From Coleofasciculus sp. B1-GNL1-01 (GTDB taxonomy: Bacteria > Cyanobacteriota > Cyanobacteriia > Cyanobacteriales > Coleofasciculaceae): DNA of 64,000 nucleotides. The notes under the pieces were generated by a model. That model searched no databases, was not told the origin of the DNA, and was given only the letters and a program-made list of their open reading frames with translations. Below, piece by piece: positions 50,862-61,075 of this stretch (within the stretch, counting starts at the first letter, position 1; the number at the start of each line of letters is the position of its first letter). The translations under genes were made by a program, and so were the position numbers. The stretch is taken from assembly GCA_040220235.1 (NCBI GenBank), contig JAVJTO010000108.1; one strand, given 5' to 3'.

Positions 50862-51062
50862 ATGAATCGCTCAAAAATTGTGGCAATTATTACTGGAGCC
50901 ATTTCCATACTGCTGGCACTGGCATACCTTCTCCTGGTTCAGCTTTTGGACTTTCGCGGAGAAATGATTCCCGCCCCGGTAAGTCAGTTACCACAGGGCG
51001 TTCAAGTGCTGAATTATGAATTGTATAACACTACGCGCCAGGCAATAGGCAATAGGCAATAG
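50862..51062 (+). CDS. Small hypothetical membrane protein
   Basis: MNRSKIVAIITGAISILLALAYLLLVQLLDFRGEMIPAP; the C-terminal tail derives from repeat/MITE DNA. Confidence 0.75.
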   Translation: MNRSKIVAIITGAISILLALAYLLLVQLLDFRGEMIPAPVSQLPQGVQVLNYELYNTTRQAIGNRQ

Positions 51063-51153
51063 GCAATAGTAAAGAAAAAAGCTTACTAAATCAGGGGATT
51101 GAGCGATTTTGAATTTTTCTTAATTTGTCCTAACGTGTCTGCGTAGTGCTATA
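51024..51153. mobile_element. MITE family D copy
   Basis: tataacactacgc..gcgtagtgctata inverted ends with (GGCAATA)n inside. Confidence 0.75.
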
Positions 51154-51202
51154 AGTTATGAATTTTCTGTTTCCCATTTCCTGTCTTGTGACAAATGACA
51201 AC

Positions 51203-52753
51203 TTAATGTTCCCAGTCGTCCTGTTGAGAATCTCTTAAATCTTTCACCTCTGAAGCCTCTCTCATGGGCATAACCACTCGTGCGATCGCCTCTTGAATAA
51301 ATACTTTCATAAATTCATCCTTACGGTTTAGCTGAAATTGCTGCTGCACCACTTCTGTCATTCCCCCATCACCCCAGTCTTGGTCATGACGGAAGTATTC
51401 AATAAAACTCTTCCCAGCAATTCGGATTAAATACGCCGCTGTTACCCCTTGAATCGCTTTGCCAACTAAATAGGTAGCGATGTGAAATTGTAGCGCCCTT
51501 GATAGAAGTTGCATCGCCCCTTGAACAATTCCCAAACTGGCTAAGGTTTTTCCCAGAGATAGCGCTAATTCTCTCCCCCGTTCCATATTCAGATCACAGC
51601 CATAAATTCGACCAATTTCCACTACCATCTGGGCGTTAACCGCCGCCGTTGCTAATAAATCGACGACAGGTAACGGTGTAACCGCAATCACTCCAGCGCC
51701 AATCCACTGGAATCGTTCCACCACTTTCTCCGCCTGTCGCCGCCGTTGCTGATCAATCAAACGACGGGCATCTTCGCCTAAACGCTGAGACTGGAGTAAG
51801 ATATTATCCGCAATCAAATCTTGCCCTTCAGCGCGTAGCACCGCCGCCAGACGGCGGATTAAGGGTATGATGTCAGGGTCAGGTTGGACGTCTTCCCCAT
51901 TGTCTAATCGTACAGGTTGGGGATTGGCGGCAATGGCGACTACATCCGATGCAGCAATAAAGCCGCGTACCTGCTGGCGTAACCGGGCTAGAATCGTTTC
52001 TTTGTCAGTTTCTGTGTAGAGATCGGTTTTATTCAGCACCAACAGCGATCGCTTCCCAATATCCGCTAGACGACGTAACGGATCATACTCCGACTGTCGC
52101 AAGTCATTATCCACCACAAACAATAATAAATCGGCTTCCGTGGCAAGCTGTCGCGCCAGTTGTTCCCGTTGGGTACCCACCACACCCGCTTCTAAAATCC
52201 CTGGTGTATCGGTAATCAAAATCTGTCGTTCTATTCCCTTCAACGTTAGCGTATACGTTTGTCCCTGATCTGTAGTTCCCATCGGTGCGCCCACTTGACC
52301 CACCATCTGCCCAATGAGAGCATTAATTAGGGAAGTTTTCCCCGATGAACCCGTACCAAAAATGACAACCAACAGTTCCCCACGGGCTAACGTCGCCTCA
52401 ATCTCACGCGATCGACTCAACAGGGCTTGCTGGGCTACCTCATCTTGAATGTTCTGCACCTGCTGTCGCACCGCTTTTAGCGTTTCAGAAGCGGCTTCTG
52501 CTTTCTCCTGCGGTACTTTTGGCGTCGGGCGACGTCGGCGAGAGGATTTGGGGCGGCTGAATGTCCAGACATAGTAGACAAACGTGGCAATTAACAGGAT
52601 CAGGAGGACAATCAGCAATAAAACCAGCAAATTTGCCAGTAGAGGCGAATTTAACGACCAATAGAGTCGATTAATCGAGTCAATCAGCCACAGGATTAGC
52701 CCCAGAATAATACTGAGACCGATAATGAGCGTCAGTAGGCGGGGTAGGGGCAT
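51203..52753 (-). CDS. Membrane GTPase with DUF697/YcjF-like domain
   Basis: GTGSSGKTS, DTPG, NKTD; C-terminal VTPLPVVDLLA; start ATG 52753 (track 52894). Confidence 0.88.
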   Translation of the reverse strand: MPLPRLLTLIIGLSIILGLILWLIDSINRLYWSLNSPLLANLLVLLLIVLLILLIATFVYYVWTFSRPKSSRRRRPTPKVPQEKAEAASETLKAVRQQVQNIQDEVAQQALLSRSREIEATLARGELLVVIFGTGSSGKTSLINALIGQMVGQVGAPMGTTDQGQTYTLTLKGIERQILITDTPGILEAGVVGTQREQLARQLATEADLLLFVVDNDLRQSEYDPLRRLADIGKRSLLVLNKTDLYTETDKETILARLRQQVRGFIAASDVVAIAANPQPVRLDNGEDVQPDPDIIPLIRRLAAVLRAEGQDLIADNILLQSQRLGEDARRLIDQQRRRQAEKVVERFQWIGAGVIAVTPLPVVDLLATAAVNAQMVVEIGRIYGCDLNMERGRELALSLGKTLASLGIVQGAMQLLSRALQFHIATYLVGKAIQGVTAAYLIRIAGKSFIEYFRHDQDWGDGGMTEVVQQQFQLNRKDEFMKVFIQEAIARVVMPMREASEVKDLRDSQQDDWEH

Positions 52754-52954
52754 AATGGTTGCAGAAGGCAGAAGGGATAGAAGGCAGATGGCAAAGGAGT
52801 GATAACTATAGTTTAGCGATGGGCGGAGAGTTTCAATGAGAGCTGGCAGCACAGGTAATAGAAGCCACGTTACCGTGTGGTGAGCCAAGAGCAACGAACT
52901 ATACTTAATGGATAATGCTGATCATTAGAGACACTCTTTACAGCCCAAAAAACA

Positions 52955-53476
52955 ATGAGTTTATTCAATCAAATTCTCGGTGCGATTAATAACCCCTCTC
53001 AGGAAGCCAGTTCTGGTCAATTAGCGGGCATCCTCAGTACCGTGCAAAACCTCAGTCAAAGTGCCGAGGCTGACCCCTCCACAATTCAATCCGTTTTATC
53101 TATCGTTGGCAAATATGCCCGTCCCGCGTTGCAACAAAAGCGAGAAGCGGAAGGAGAACAAGAGACACAATCCTTTATTAACCAATTCAGTGGTACAGGT
53201 GCTAACAATCAAGCAGTCAATTTACTCTTTAATACACCGCAAATCCAACAGTTAGTCGAGGAAGCCGAACAACGGACAGGACTCAATGCGGCTACCATTC
53301 AATCCCTGTTACCCATGTTGGTTCCCTTGGTGCTGAATTTACTCAAAACGGGAACAAATAACCAAAATCCAGAAGGATCGAATCCGGTGCTAAACTCATT
53401 CCTGGATACAGATGGTGACGGCGATGTGGATATTGCTGATGCAATGCAAATGGCGTCTCGTTATCTGAATCCTTAG
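52955..53476 (+). CDS. DUF937-like protein
   Basis: MSLFNQILGAI..LLPMLVPLVL..FLDTDGDGDVD. Confidence 0.75.
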   Translation: MSLFNQILGAINNPSQEASSGQLAGILSTVQNLSQSAEADPSTIQSVLSIVGKYARPALQQKREAEGEQETQSFINQFSGTGANNQAVNLLFNTPQIQQLVEEAEQRTGLNAATIQSLLPMLVPLVLNLLKTGTNNQNPEGSNPVLNSFLDTDGDGDVDIADAMQMASRYLNP

Positions 53477-53696
53477 TTTGTATGTAGTAGGCACTTTAGT
53501 GCCTTAAAATGCTTGATGTCCCGGACTACGAACAGGATCAAACACGTCCGATACTACTGGACGTGATATTACAGGTTTTTCGGGCGCACGTCGGTGCGCC
53601 CCTACAATATCCATCTTGTTTAGGTGTGCCACGCCAGTAGGGACGTTGCTGGCAATGTCTCTACTTTTTTCATTCCGTAATAAAGATATAATATGA

Positions 53697-54242
53697 TTAT
53701 GTTAAAAAAGGAAACTCTACATTCACATTCCATCGCCGACCATCGTGAAGTAACAAGGTGAGATGGGATGCCAAAAACTCAAATTCTAACGGTTGGTTCT
53801 CAAATTCCGTCCACGCCTTGCGGAAATTCTGCCGTTTCAAATCACGAAAAGCAACGGTAACATGAGGAGAAAAGGAGCGATTTTTAGAACGCTCATCAAC
53901 GATACCTAAAGAGTCTTCTAGATATGCCATTAAATCCTTTTGAATCGCGATCAGTTCTGGTGTTTTCAGAACATTGACGTAAATAACGCGAGGTTTAAAT
54001 GCCCCAAACCCTTTGAGACTGATGGGGATAGGTTTTCGAGTTTGAGCAAAACTTTTCAGGGATTCTTCGAGAATAGGTACAGCCTCGACTTCCCATTTAA
54101 AAGGGGATTGCAGTGTAATATGGGGTGGAGATTTTAGGGCAGCTTTACTCTCATAAACATCAGCACAATGTTGCTTGATTTCCATAATCGAGTCTTGAAT
54201 GGTTTGAGGAGGAAGTAGGGCGATAAAAAAGAGTTTTTTCAT
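53697..54242 (-). CDS. 2H phosphoesterase (2'-5' RNA ligase family)
   Basis: Two HxT motifs, PPHITL and SPHVTV. Confidence 0.9.
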   Translation of the reverse strand: MKKLFFIALLPPQTIQDSIMEIKQHCADVYESKAALKSPPHITLQSPFKWEVEAVPILEESLKSFAQTRKPIPISLKGFGAFKPRVIYVNVLKTPELIAIQKDLMAYLEDSLGIVDERSKNRSFSPHVTVAFRDLKRQNFRKAWTEFENQPLEFEFLASHLTLLLHDGRRWNVNVEFPFLT

Positions 54243-54915
54243 ATTAAGCCATAAAAATAGGGTTTCGTCGAGACAGTTTTCGGGATTAAGTTTGTTGATG
54301 AAAATAAACTTAATATTCCATCAGTTATGTAAATAGGGGCTGCTGAATAAGTGCTGTGGTGAGGGGGAGCTGGGGGAGATGAGGGAGCTGGGGACATTCA
54401 TGTAGAAACGTACCATGGTGTATCTGTGTGTAGGGGTGGGTTTAGGGACTAATATTGATGGTTTTCCTTAGCTTGGCTGCAAAACCCGCCCTGACCAAAT
54501 GACAAATGACGAATGACAAATGACAAATGACAAATGACAAATGACAAATGACAAATGACAAATGACGAATGACAAATGACACGTTGTCAAGATTATAGCT
54601 CAGTCAAAAATACTCAAAATCCAATCTAGGTCAAGGTTTTGGCAACTAAGCTTGCCAAACGTGTGAGACATCTGGTTGAAACTATGACAAAATAATATAA
54701 TCTTCTTTTTGAGTTAGGCTATTATAGCAAAATGCTCCAAGGCAGAGCGGACAGAAGGCAGCAAAATTCTGAATGAGATGTGAACATTTCCGCCGTTCAC
54801 GCAAGTTCTAACCTTGATGGTAAAAGCTATAGTAAATTGACTCAAAATAATGCAAGCTTGATGTTTCTTAACTCATCAAATCCTTGATCAATTATTTATC
54901 TGGAGGAGATCCGAC

Positions 54916-56241
54916 ATGACGACAAAACCAGATCAAACGGCAGAGGCGCGTAACCGGGTGATTGAATCTGCCCGTCGATTAGGGGTTCAACTCAATGAAC
55001 AAGAATTAGAACGATGGATGAAGTCCATCACCGAAGCCACAGGAGACAGTGATATTAGTGTTGATCACGATACGGGGGTTTTCGGTCACAAGGTTAGTAT
55101 GTTAGATTTTGACCCCAAAGATCTAGAGCGTTTTCGCACCATCGGCAGAATTGTAGAATTTGACGATATTCCTGGTGTTGTCGAAACAGCATTGGCGCTC
55201 TCAGGTTCAGCGGCTCAATCTAAGGTTCAAACTCACCCAGGGGACTGTGACTACTTTGAGCGAGTGAATATCATCGCCCCGACTCGGGCTGAAGCCTGCC
55301 AGACTCTCTCCCGAATTATGCGTGAGAAAGCCATCAACAGCCGCTCAGGTGATAATTTTCAATTAGTTGAACTGAAATTTGGTAGCTATCCCCAAGATGT
55401 GATCCGCGATGAACATTCCTATCCCAAAGGATCACCTATCTCCTGGTCTCCTGATGATGTTGTCGCTGGGCAAATTGAAGTTAGCGACTTGCAAGGCAAT
55501 TCTATGACCATCACTTGGGATTCGGTCGCCGACGATCCCGGTTGGTGTAAGCTGGACTGGGTGATTGCCGATCCGGTGCGCCGTCAATTGGCTAACGCCA
55601 GCAATATGTTGGATGTCACTTGGGAAGCTCCCGATGGTACAATCACTCCCTTAGATGGCTATCTAGACGGCTATTTCCAAGAAATTTACCTCGATGCTGA
55701 ATCTGCCCCCATCTTTTCTAAACTGGTGAAGCAGGTTTCAACTGATGTCATGGATGATTATGTGACGCAGTTGGAAAAGGAAGTTAAAAAATATTTTAAG
55801 CCGGATAATCCCAACTATGGCAAAGCGGCTAAACGACTGTACAACATCTTCCGCCTGAATGGACAATATGAGGAAGCCGCCTTCCTAAGGGAACTGTTTG
55901 ATGAACCCGCCGCCTTACTGTATCAAGTTCATGCCTTAGTGCGAACGGTGAAAGATGCCATCGACCAAGGTGCGGTGTTTGATATTGATCACATTCTCGA
56001 TCAAACGGATGAACTGATTCTGTCCGTGATCAAGGTTTTGGAAGGGGAAGAAGAATTAGAAATTACCCGTCATCTCCTGCGTTTATCCCGCTGCATTAGT
56101 CGTCAGCAAGAAGGGGTTCCACTGAGTCCCCAAGTCGAGGCAGCACGAGCCGAGGTGATGCAGATTGTCAATAATTTCTTCTACGAAAAGATGATGGCAC
56201 TACCGACTATTAAAGCCTACGTTGAGGGTCTCCACTCTTAA
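54916..56241 (+). CDS. Hypothetical protein with a Pol-beta-superfamily nucleotidyltransferase motif
   Basis: GGAGGAG RBS; LSGSAAQSKVQTHPGDCDYF fits hGS-x(11)-DhD; candidate third acid in CKLDWV. Confidence 0.65.
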   Translation: MTTKPDQTAEARNRVIESARRLGVQLNEQELERWMKSITEATGDSDISVDHDTGVFGHKVSMLDFDPKDLERFRTIGRIVEFDDIPGVVETALALSGSAAQSKVQTHPGDCDYFERVNIIAPTRAEACQTLSRIMREKAINSRSGDNFQLVELKFGSYPQDVIRDEHSYPKGSPISWSPDDVVAGQIEVSDLQGNSMTITWDSVADDPGWCKLDWVIADPVRRQLANASNMLDVTWEAPDGTITPLDGYLDGYFQEIYLDAESAPIFSKLVKQVSTDVMDDYVTQLEKEVKKYFKPDNPNYGKAAKRLYNIFRLNGQYEEAAFLRELFDEPAALLYQVHALVRTVKDAIDQGAVFDIDHILDQTDELILSVIKVLEGEEELEITRHLLRLSRCISRQQEGVPLSPQVEAARAEVMQIVNNFFYEKMMALPTIKAYVEGLHS

Positions 56242-56254
56242 GGGAAACGGCTGC

Positions 56255-56812
56255 CTATCGTTGTAAGTTGTTTTGCAGAAGATTGCAAAATAATTTTCCC
56301 TGTTGTATTGCATCATCGAGAGCAACGTGGGTCAGGGGCATTTCCTCCAACCACTCAGGGGGGAGATTTTTCTTCCCTGACTCACGATAGTTTTGTTTAA
56401 GGAATGCCATGGCATAGGAGCGGATGTCGAGTGCCGAATGGTTAAAGGGACTATCGCCGACAAACTTCATCAAATACCAATAGACAAACATAAAGTCAAA
56501 GGCAGCGGGATAGCCAACAAAGATGGGTTTACCCGGTAATGCTTCTAACCAAGCGTGATAGTTCTGCATTACCTGTTCGGGGGGTTGTGGGTTAACTCGG
56601 CTGGCTTCCCAGGCGGTGGGTTGTTGTGACCACCATTTCATGGTTTTGGGGTGACCTTTTGCTCCTGGCAAAGTTTCCAGGTTGGTTGTAAAGGTTGCAA
56701 TTAATTGTTTGTCTGCTTTGAAAGCAGCCGAGGCAATACTCAACATTGAGTGCGGTCCAGGAATGGGACCATCAGATTCAATATCTGTACTGACGTAGAT
56801 TTCGATTGTCAT
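56255..56812 (-). CDS. DEDDh 3'-5' exonuclease (RNase AS/Rv2179c-like)
   Basis: [20 protein letters not shown]. Confidence 0.85.
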   Translation of the reverse strand: MTIEIYVSTDIESDGPIPGPHSMLSIASAAFKADKQLIATFTTNLETLPGAKGHPKTMKWWSQQPTAWEASRVNPQPPEQVMQNYHAWLEALPGKPIFVGYPAAFDFMFVYWYLMKFVGDSPFNHSALDIRSYAMAFLKQNYRESGKKNLPPEWLEEMPLTHVALDDAIQQGKLFCNLLQNNLQR

Positions 56813-56849
56813 CTATTTTCTAACTCATTTCCAACTGGAGTTACAGACA

Positions 56850-57497
56850 TCAAACTAAACCGAATCGGCTGGGGGGCCAGAAGCGGAAACAAGCGTGACC
56901 AATAATATTAGGTTGAGGCAAGAATCCCCAAACGTGAGAGTCGTTGCTGTTGTTGCGATTATCTCCCATGACAAATAACTGACCCTCCGGAACTCGCACG
57001 GGTGCCATTTTATAGTTGGGGGGTTCAGCAATGTAAACTTCGTCTAGCGGTTCCCCATTAATATAGACTTTGCCATCTTGAATTTGGACGATTTGACCCG
57101 GTGTAGCAATGATCCGTTTAATAAAGGCTTGGTCTTTGGTAAACCCCTGCATTTGCAGTTGAGGCGGTGGATCAAAGACAATGATGTCTCCGCTGACTGG
57201 GGGTTTGAAGTGGTAAGAAATTTTTTCTACAACCACGCGATCGCCGATGTTCAATGTCGGTATCATCGAGTTTGAGGGAATGTAGCGCGGTTCGGCAATA
57301 AAGACTCGAATCAACAGCGCTAGGGCGAGTGCGATCGCAATAATTTGGATATTTTCCCGGACTTGTTGCCAGAACTTGGATCTTGGCGATATAGGTTGGG
57401 TCGATTGTTCTGCTACTGTTGACTGATTCGGTTTGTCCACAGGTATTGAAGTCCCTCCCTTGGCAGACTGCTTTTTTACCGTTTCGTTTAAAGTCAT
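56850..57497 (-). CDS. lepB: Signal peptidase I
   Basis: IPSNSMIPTL..GDR, FIKRIIA, MGDNRNNSNDSH; start ATG 57497 (track 57698). Confidence 0.95.
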   Translation of the reverse strand: MTLNETVKKQSAKGGTSIPVDKPNQSTVAEQSTQPISPRSKFWQQVRENIQIIAIALALALLIRVFIAEPRYIPSNSMIPTLNIGDRVVVEKISYHFKPPVSGDIIVFDPPPQLQMQGFTKDQAFIKRIIATPGQIVQIQDGKVYINGEPLDEVYIAEPPNYKMAPVRVPEGQLFVMGDNRNNSNDSHVWGFLPQPNIIGHACFRFWPPSRFGLV

Positions 57498-57908
57498 ACA
57501 CGTTGGCACTGAGAATCGCTGGCTGTCACTTTTCTTGCTTCCGCCACAAAACATTTGCCTTTCAGTCAAGATAACACGCTCTCTCGCTCTTTGAGCGATA
57601 GAGGTACTGATTCGGCTTGTGTTCACTAGGCGATCGCATCCCTCAACCCCGTCAACGGCGATCAGGGAGACTCTCCTGCTGCCTTTGGAGAAATGCATTC
57701 GCTAGTTTAACTGGGATTCAGAGTTTATTTTAATCTTAAATAACCCCGTATTATTATCTGTTTTTTTACACAAAAAATCCTGGTATATTTTTTATGTTTT
57801 TGCATCCCTCAAATTATTTGTTTTAATAAAACATCACAAAAAAAGCTGCCGAATTAACAATAAGTTTATTTAGATTCGCTTTAATTGTAAGTGTAAACAT
57901 TCTAATCT

Positions 57909-58823
57909 ATGAGAATTGACGCCATGAACACTAACAAAGTTTCTAAATTCATCGGAAGTGCGGCAGTCGCAGTTAGCTTAATTTCTATGCTGGGTCAGCC
58001 AGCCAACGCTGGACAATTGCATAACGACTGGAACTATGGAATTGATGCCTTCGGTGATGGCTCGGGTGGTGCTAAGTATGACATCAAAGGATTAGCCATG
58101 AAAGAAACAGCCGATAGTATTTTTGTGGCTCTAACAGGTGGCACACCCTTAGAAGGAAATAAAGACAGAGGAGCGGTTGACAACAATGTTGGATTTGGTG
58201 ATTTGTTCTTTAATTTTTCTGGAAAAAATTTTACCACAGCGATGAATGATGGTGATCTATTTGGAATTCGCTTTGCTGAAACTAATGATTCTCAAGTCAG
58301 TCGTACTGGAGTTTATCAAAATGTCACGGCAATGAGCGTAACTCAAGATAACGATGGGTATGGCAGTTTAAAGCAATACTATAACCACAGTAAGTTTGAC
58401 AAAATCAATACCCAAGGCACTGACTTGCCAGACAAAGCCGATGTTTACGATTATCTCTATGGCAGCACCATTGCCCAGAAGCCAAAGAAGAATAATACTC
58501 CAATCCTCAATGTGATTCAATCCGGTAGATTTTTAGGCGATATTGATCTATTGGATGGGACTCAACTCAGTAATGCTGGACTCGATTTTAGTCACTTTGA
58601 AGCGAATGACTCTCACACGTTTGGTTTTAGATTTGACCGTGCTTTGCTTCCCAGAAATGGAGGTAATTTCATCAGTCATTTGTTCTTAGAGTGTGGCAAT
58701 GATGGTGTGGCGCTAAAAGGAGACCTTGAGTCAGTCCCTGAACCTTCGGGTCTGGCTGGGATTGCTGGCATTGGTTTAACCTTTGCGGGTATGGCTTTAC
58801 GCCGTCGCCAATCACGAGGCTAG
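57909..58823 (+). CDS. PEP-CTERM sorting domain surface protein
   Basis: Signal ..QPANA-G; ECGNDG; VPEPSGLAGIAGIGLTFAGMALRRR. Confidence 0.88.
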   Translation: MRIDAMNTNKVSKFIGSAAVAVSLISMLGQPANAGQLHNDWNYGIDAFGDGSGGAKYDIKGLAMKETADSIFVALTGGTPLEGNKDRGAVDNNVGFGDLFFNFSGKNFTTAMNDGDLFGIRFAETNDSQVSRTGVYQNVTAMSVTQDNDGYGSLKQYYNHSKFDKINTQGTDLPDKADVYDYLYGSTIAQKPKKNNTPILNVIQSGRFLGDIDLLDGTQLSNAGLDFSHFEANDSHTFGFRFDRALLPRNGGNFISHLFLECGNDGVALKGDLESVPEPSGLAGIAGIGLTFAGMALRRRQSRG

Positions 58824-58935
58824 CTGCCATTTTTGTAATTGCATCATTGGTAATAACCAGCCAAGAACTCAAGTTCTTGGCTAATAGCTTAAGTCGGTTA
58901 AAACCGACTAATGGCTTACCCCATGGAAAAAAAGG

Positions 58936-59170
58936 CAAAGCATTCTTTTGCTTCCCCGAATAACAAAAAGCGAAGCAACATCTGGCTTCCCCGTGCCAAA
59001 AAAGCGAAGCATCCTTTGGCTTCCCCCTTTTGAAGGGGGACGGGAGGGGGATCTGAAGGGGGACAGGAGGGGGATCTATAAGGGAAACGGAAGGGTGATC
59101 TGAAGGGGGACGGGAAGGGGATCTAAAAAAGGAAAAGGGTGATCTAAAAAGGGGGGAGAGAAGGGGAATC
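58936..59170. repeat. Degenerate tandem repeats (AAAGC..GCTTCCCC x3; GAAGGGGGACGGGAGGGGGATCT-like x4)
   Basis: Directly visible. Confidence 0.75.
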
Positions 59171-59253
59171 TACTGTGAGATGGGAGGGAAATCCCGAAAG
59201 GACAAATAACATAAGAATAAAGTTTTGCGCTAGCGTGAGAAGAGAAACATCTA

Positions 59254-60588
59254 TTGGTTCTGTTTCCTGTGCTGCTAAATAAACGTCCTATTCTATTTAC
59301 GGGTTTCGTTGCTTGCCTCGTGGGTGTATTGACCGCCTGCGCCAATAGTCCCACAGGTCAATCTTTAGAACGTTCCTTAGCCGTAGATCCTGAACTTGAG
59401 GATAATGCCTCAGTTTTGGGGAGTCAGACGAATGAACAAACATCTTCGGCGCAATTACCAGAGGATTTCCCTACCGTAATTCCCCGCTATCCCGATGCTC
59501 AATTACAGAACGTTGAACCCTTAACTCGTTCAGATGCCCAAGGTCAACGTACCATCTGGTCATCCACTGACCCTAGTAATGATATTCAAGCATTTTACCG
59601 CAGAGCATTTGAATCAGGCAGTTGGCAGGTTATTTCTGCACCGAATCAGGATGGTATAAATTCTTTTATTGTGCGCCGGAATGATTTAAAAGTTAGGGTT
59701 TCTATTCCTACAGATACTGCCATTAACGATACGGAAGAAACGCCAACCCAGACAGAGACTGATCCAAACAGTACAACGTTTGAAATTCAGTACCTCCGCA
59801 GCAGTACCGAGACAGCAGCACCGTCAGATGCTTCAGAATCTTCAGAGACAGCAACAGAGAATACTGAATCCGTTGATTCAACATCTGGCAAAGAGCAAAA
59901 CTTCACGGATTTCGATAACGTTCCGTCGGGATTGCGTCAGTATGTCGAAGACTTAGCCGCCTTAGGTGTTCTCACGCCTGACGCTTCTAGTCCTAACAAT
60001 AAATCAGAGGATAGTGGTACACAATTTGCCGCCAGCAAAATTATTACCCGCCGTCAATATGCCCGTTGGCTTATTGAAACGAATAATCGAATTTATGACA
60101 ACAGTCCCGGAAAACAAATCCGTTTAGCCTCAGAAACTACTCAACCCACGTTCCAGGATGTACCAGCGAGTGACCCAGATTTTGGTGTCATTCAGGGATT
60201 AGCTGAAGCGGGGTTAATTCCTAGTCCCTTGAGTGGGAATTCTACAGAAGTTCTGTTCCGCCCTGATGCACCTCTAACACGGGAAAATCTAGTTTTATGG
60301 AAAGTTCCGTTAGATATTCGTCAGGGGTTACCGCAAGCCTCTCTAGATGCAGTGCAGCAAACCTGGGGATTTCAAGATGCGGGCAAAATTGATCCGAAAG
60401 CAATGCGGGCAATTTTGGCAGATTTTCAGAATGGTGAACAATCGATTATCCGTCGCGTTTTTGGGTATACCACTCTCTTTCAACCGAAAAAGCCAGTCAC
60501 ACAAGCAGAAGCCGCCGCCGCCCTGTGGTATTTTGGGTCTCAGGGTGAGGGCATATCAGCTAGTGAGGTTCTCCAGCAATCGAACTAG
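59254..60588 (+). CDS. SLH-domain lipoprotein
   Basis: Lipobox LTAC; SLH-like FTDF..LAALGVL..ITRRQYA, FQDVP..LAEAGLI..FRPDAPLTRE, FQPKKPVTQAEAA. Confidence 0.88.
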   Translation: MVLFPVLLNKRPILFTGFVACLVGVLTACANSPTGQSLERSLAVDPELEDNASVLGSQTNEQTSSAQLPEDFPTVIPRYPDAQLQNVEPLTRSDAQGQRTIWSSTDPSNDIQAFYRRAFESGSWQVISAPNQDGINSFIVRRNDLKVRVSIPTDTAINDTEETPTQTETDPNSTTFEIQYLRSSTETAAPSDASESSETATENTESVDSTSGKEQNFTDFDNVPSGLRQYVEDLAALGVLTPDASSPNNKSEDSGTQFAASKIITRRQYARWLIETNNRIYDNSPGKQIRLASETTQPTFQDVPASDPDFGVIQGLAEAGLIPSPLSGNSTEVLFRPDAPLTRENLVLWKVPLDIRQGLPQASLDAVQQTWGFQDAGKIDPKAMRAILADFQNGEQSIIRRVFGYTTLFQPKKPVTQAEAAAALWYFGSQGEGISASEVLQQSN

Positions 60589-60776
60589 AAAGAATGGATC
60601 AGGGTTCGTCTGTAGGGGTGGGTTTCACAATTATCGTTTCGGTTGACCCAGATTCAACTAAACCTGCCTAAACCGAGTAGTATGTAGGGGCGGGTTTTAC
60701 TACTATCCTTTTTGACCTCACCCAAATGCAACTAAACCCGCCCCTGTTTCAATGGCAATGACACCAATAACGTCTC

Positions 60777-61023
60777 TAAGCTGTTCGGCATTTAAACCTT
60801 AATGTCAAGAATGGCTCCCATCCTTGTAGTGCGTTAAGCGAAGCCATGCCGCAGGCTTTGCATCTTGCTCGCTGCTAATACCCAATTTAAATGCATGACA
60901 GCTTATAAGTAGGTGGACACAATTAAAGTTAACGGTTGAGATTAGGCAACAGGCAACAGTAAGGGTTTGAGGGCAATTCACTTGCACTTAATACAGTACC
61001 GTTTTCTTTTATCCGACTACTTA
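60777..61023. mobile_element. Adjacent MITE A (60777-60905) and MITE B (60906-61023)
   Basis: Same A-then-B order as at 39647-39909. Confidence 0.8.
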
Positions 61024-61075
61024 GCGTCGGTCAAGTATTCCGAGAAACTGGGTTTCTTGACCGATGTCCTAGGAT

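Noticed and set aside
54916..56241. Calling the NTase a CBASS CD-NTase
   Set aside because: There is no co-oriented effector or cap gene, and only the generic Pol-beta motif is visible; it is kept as unassigned.
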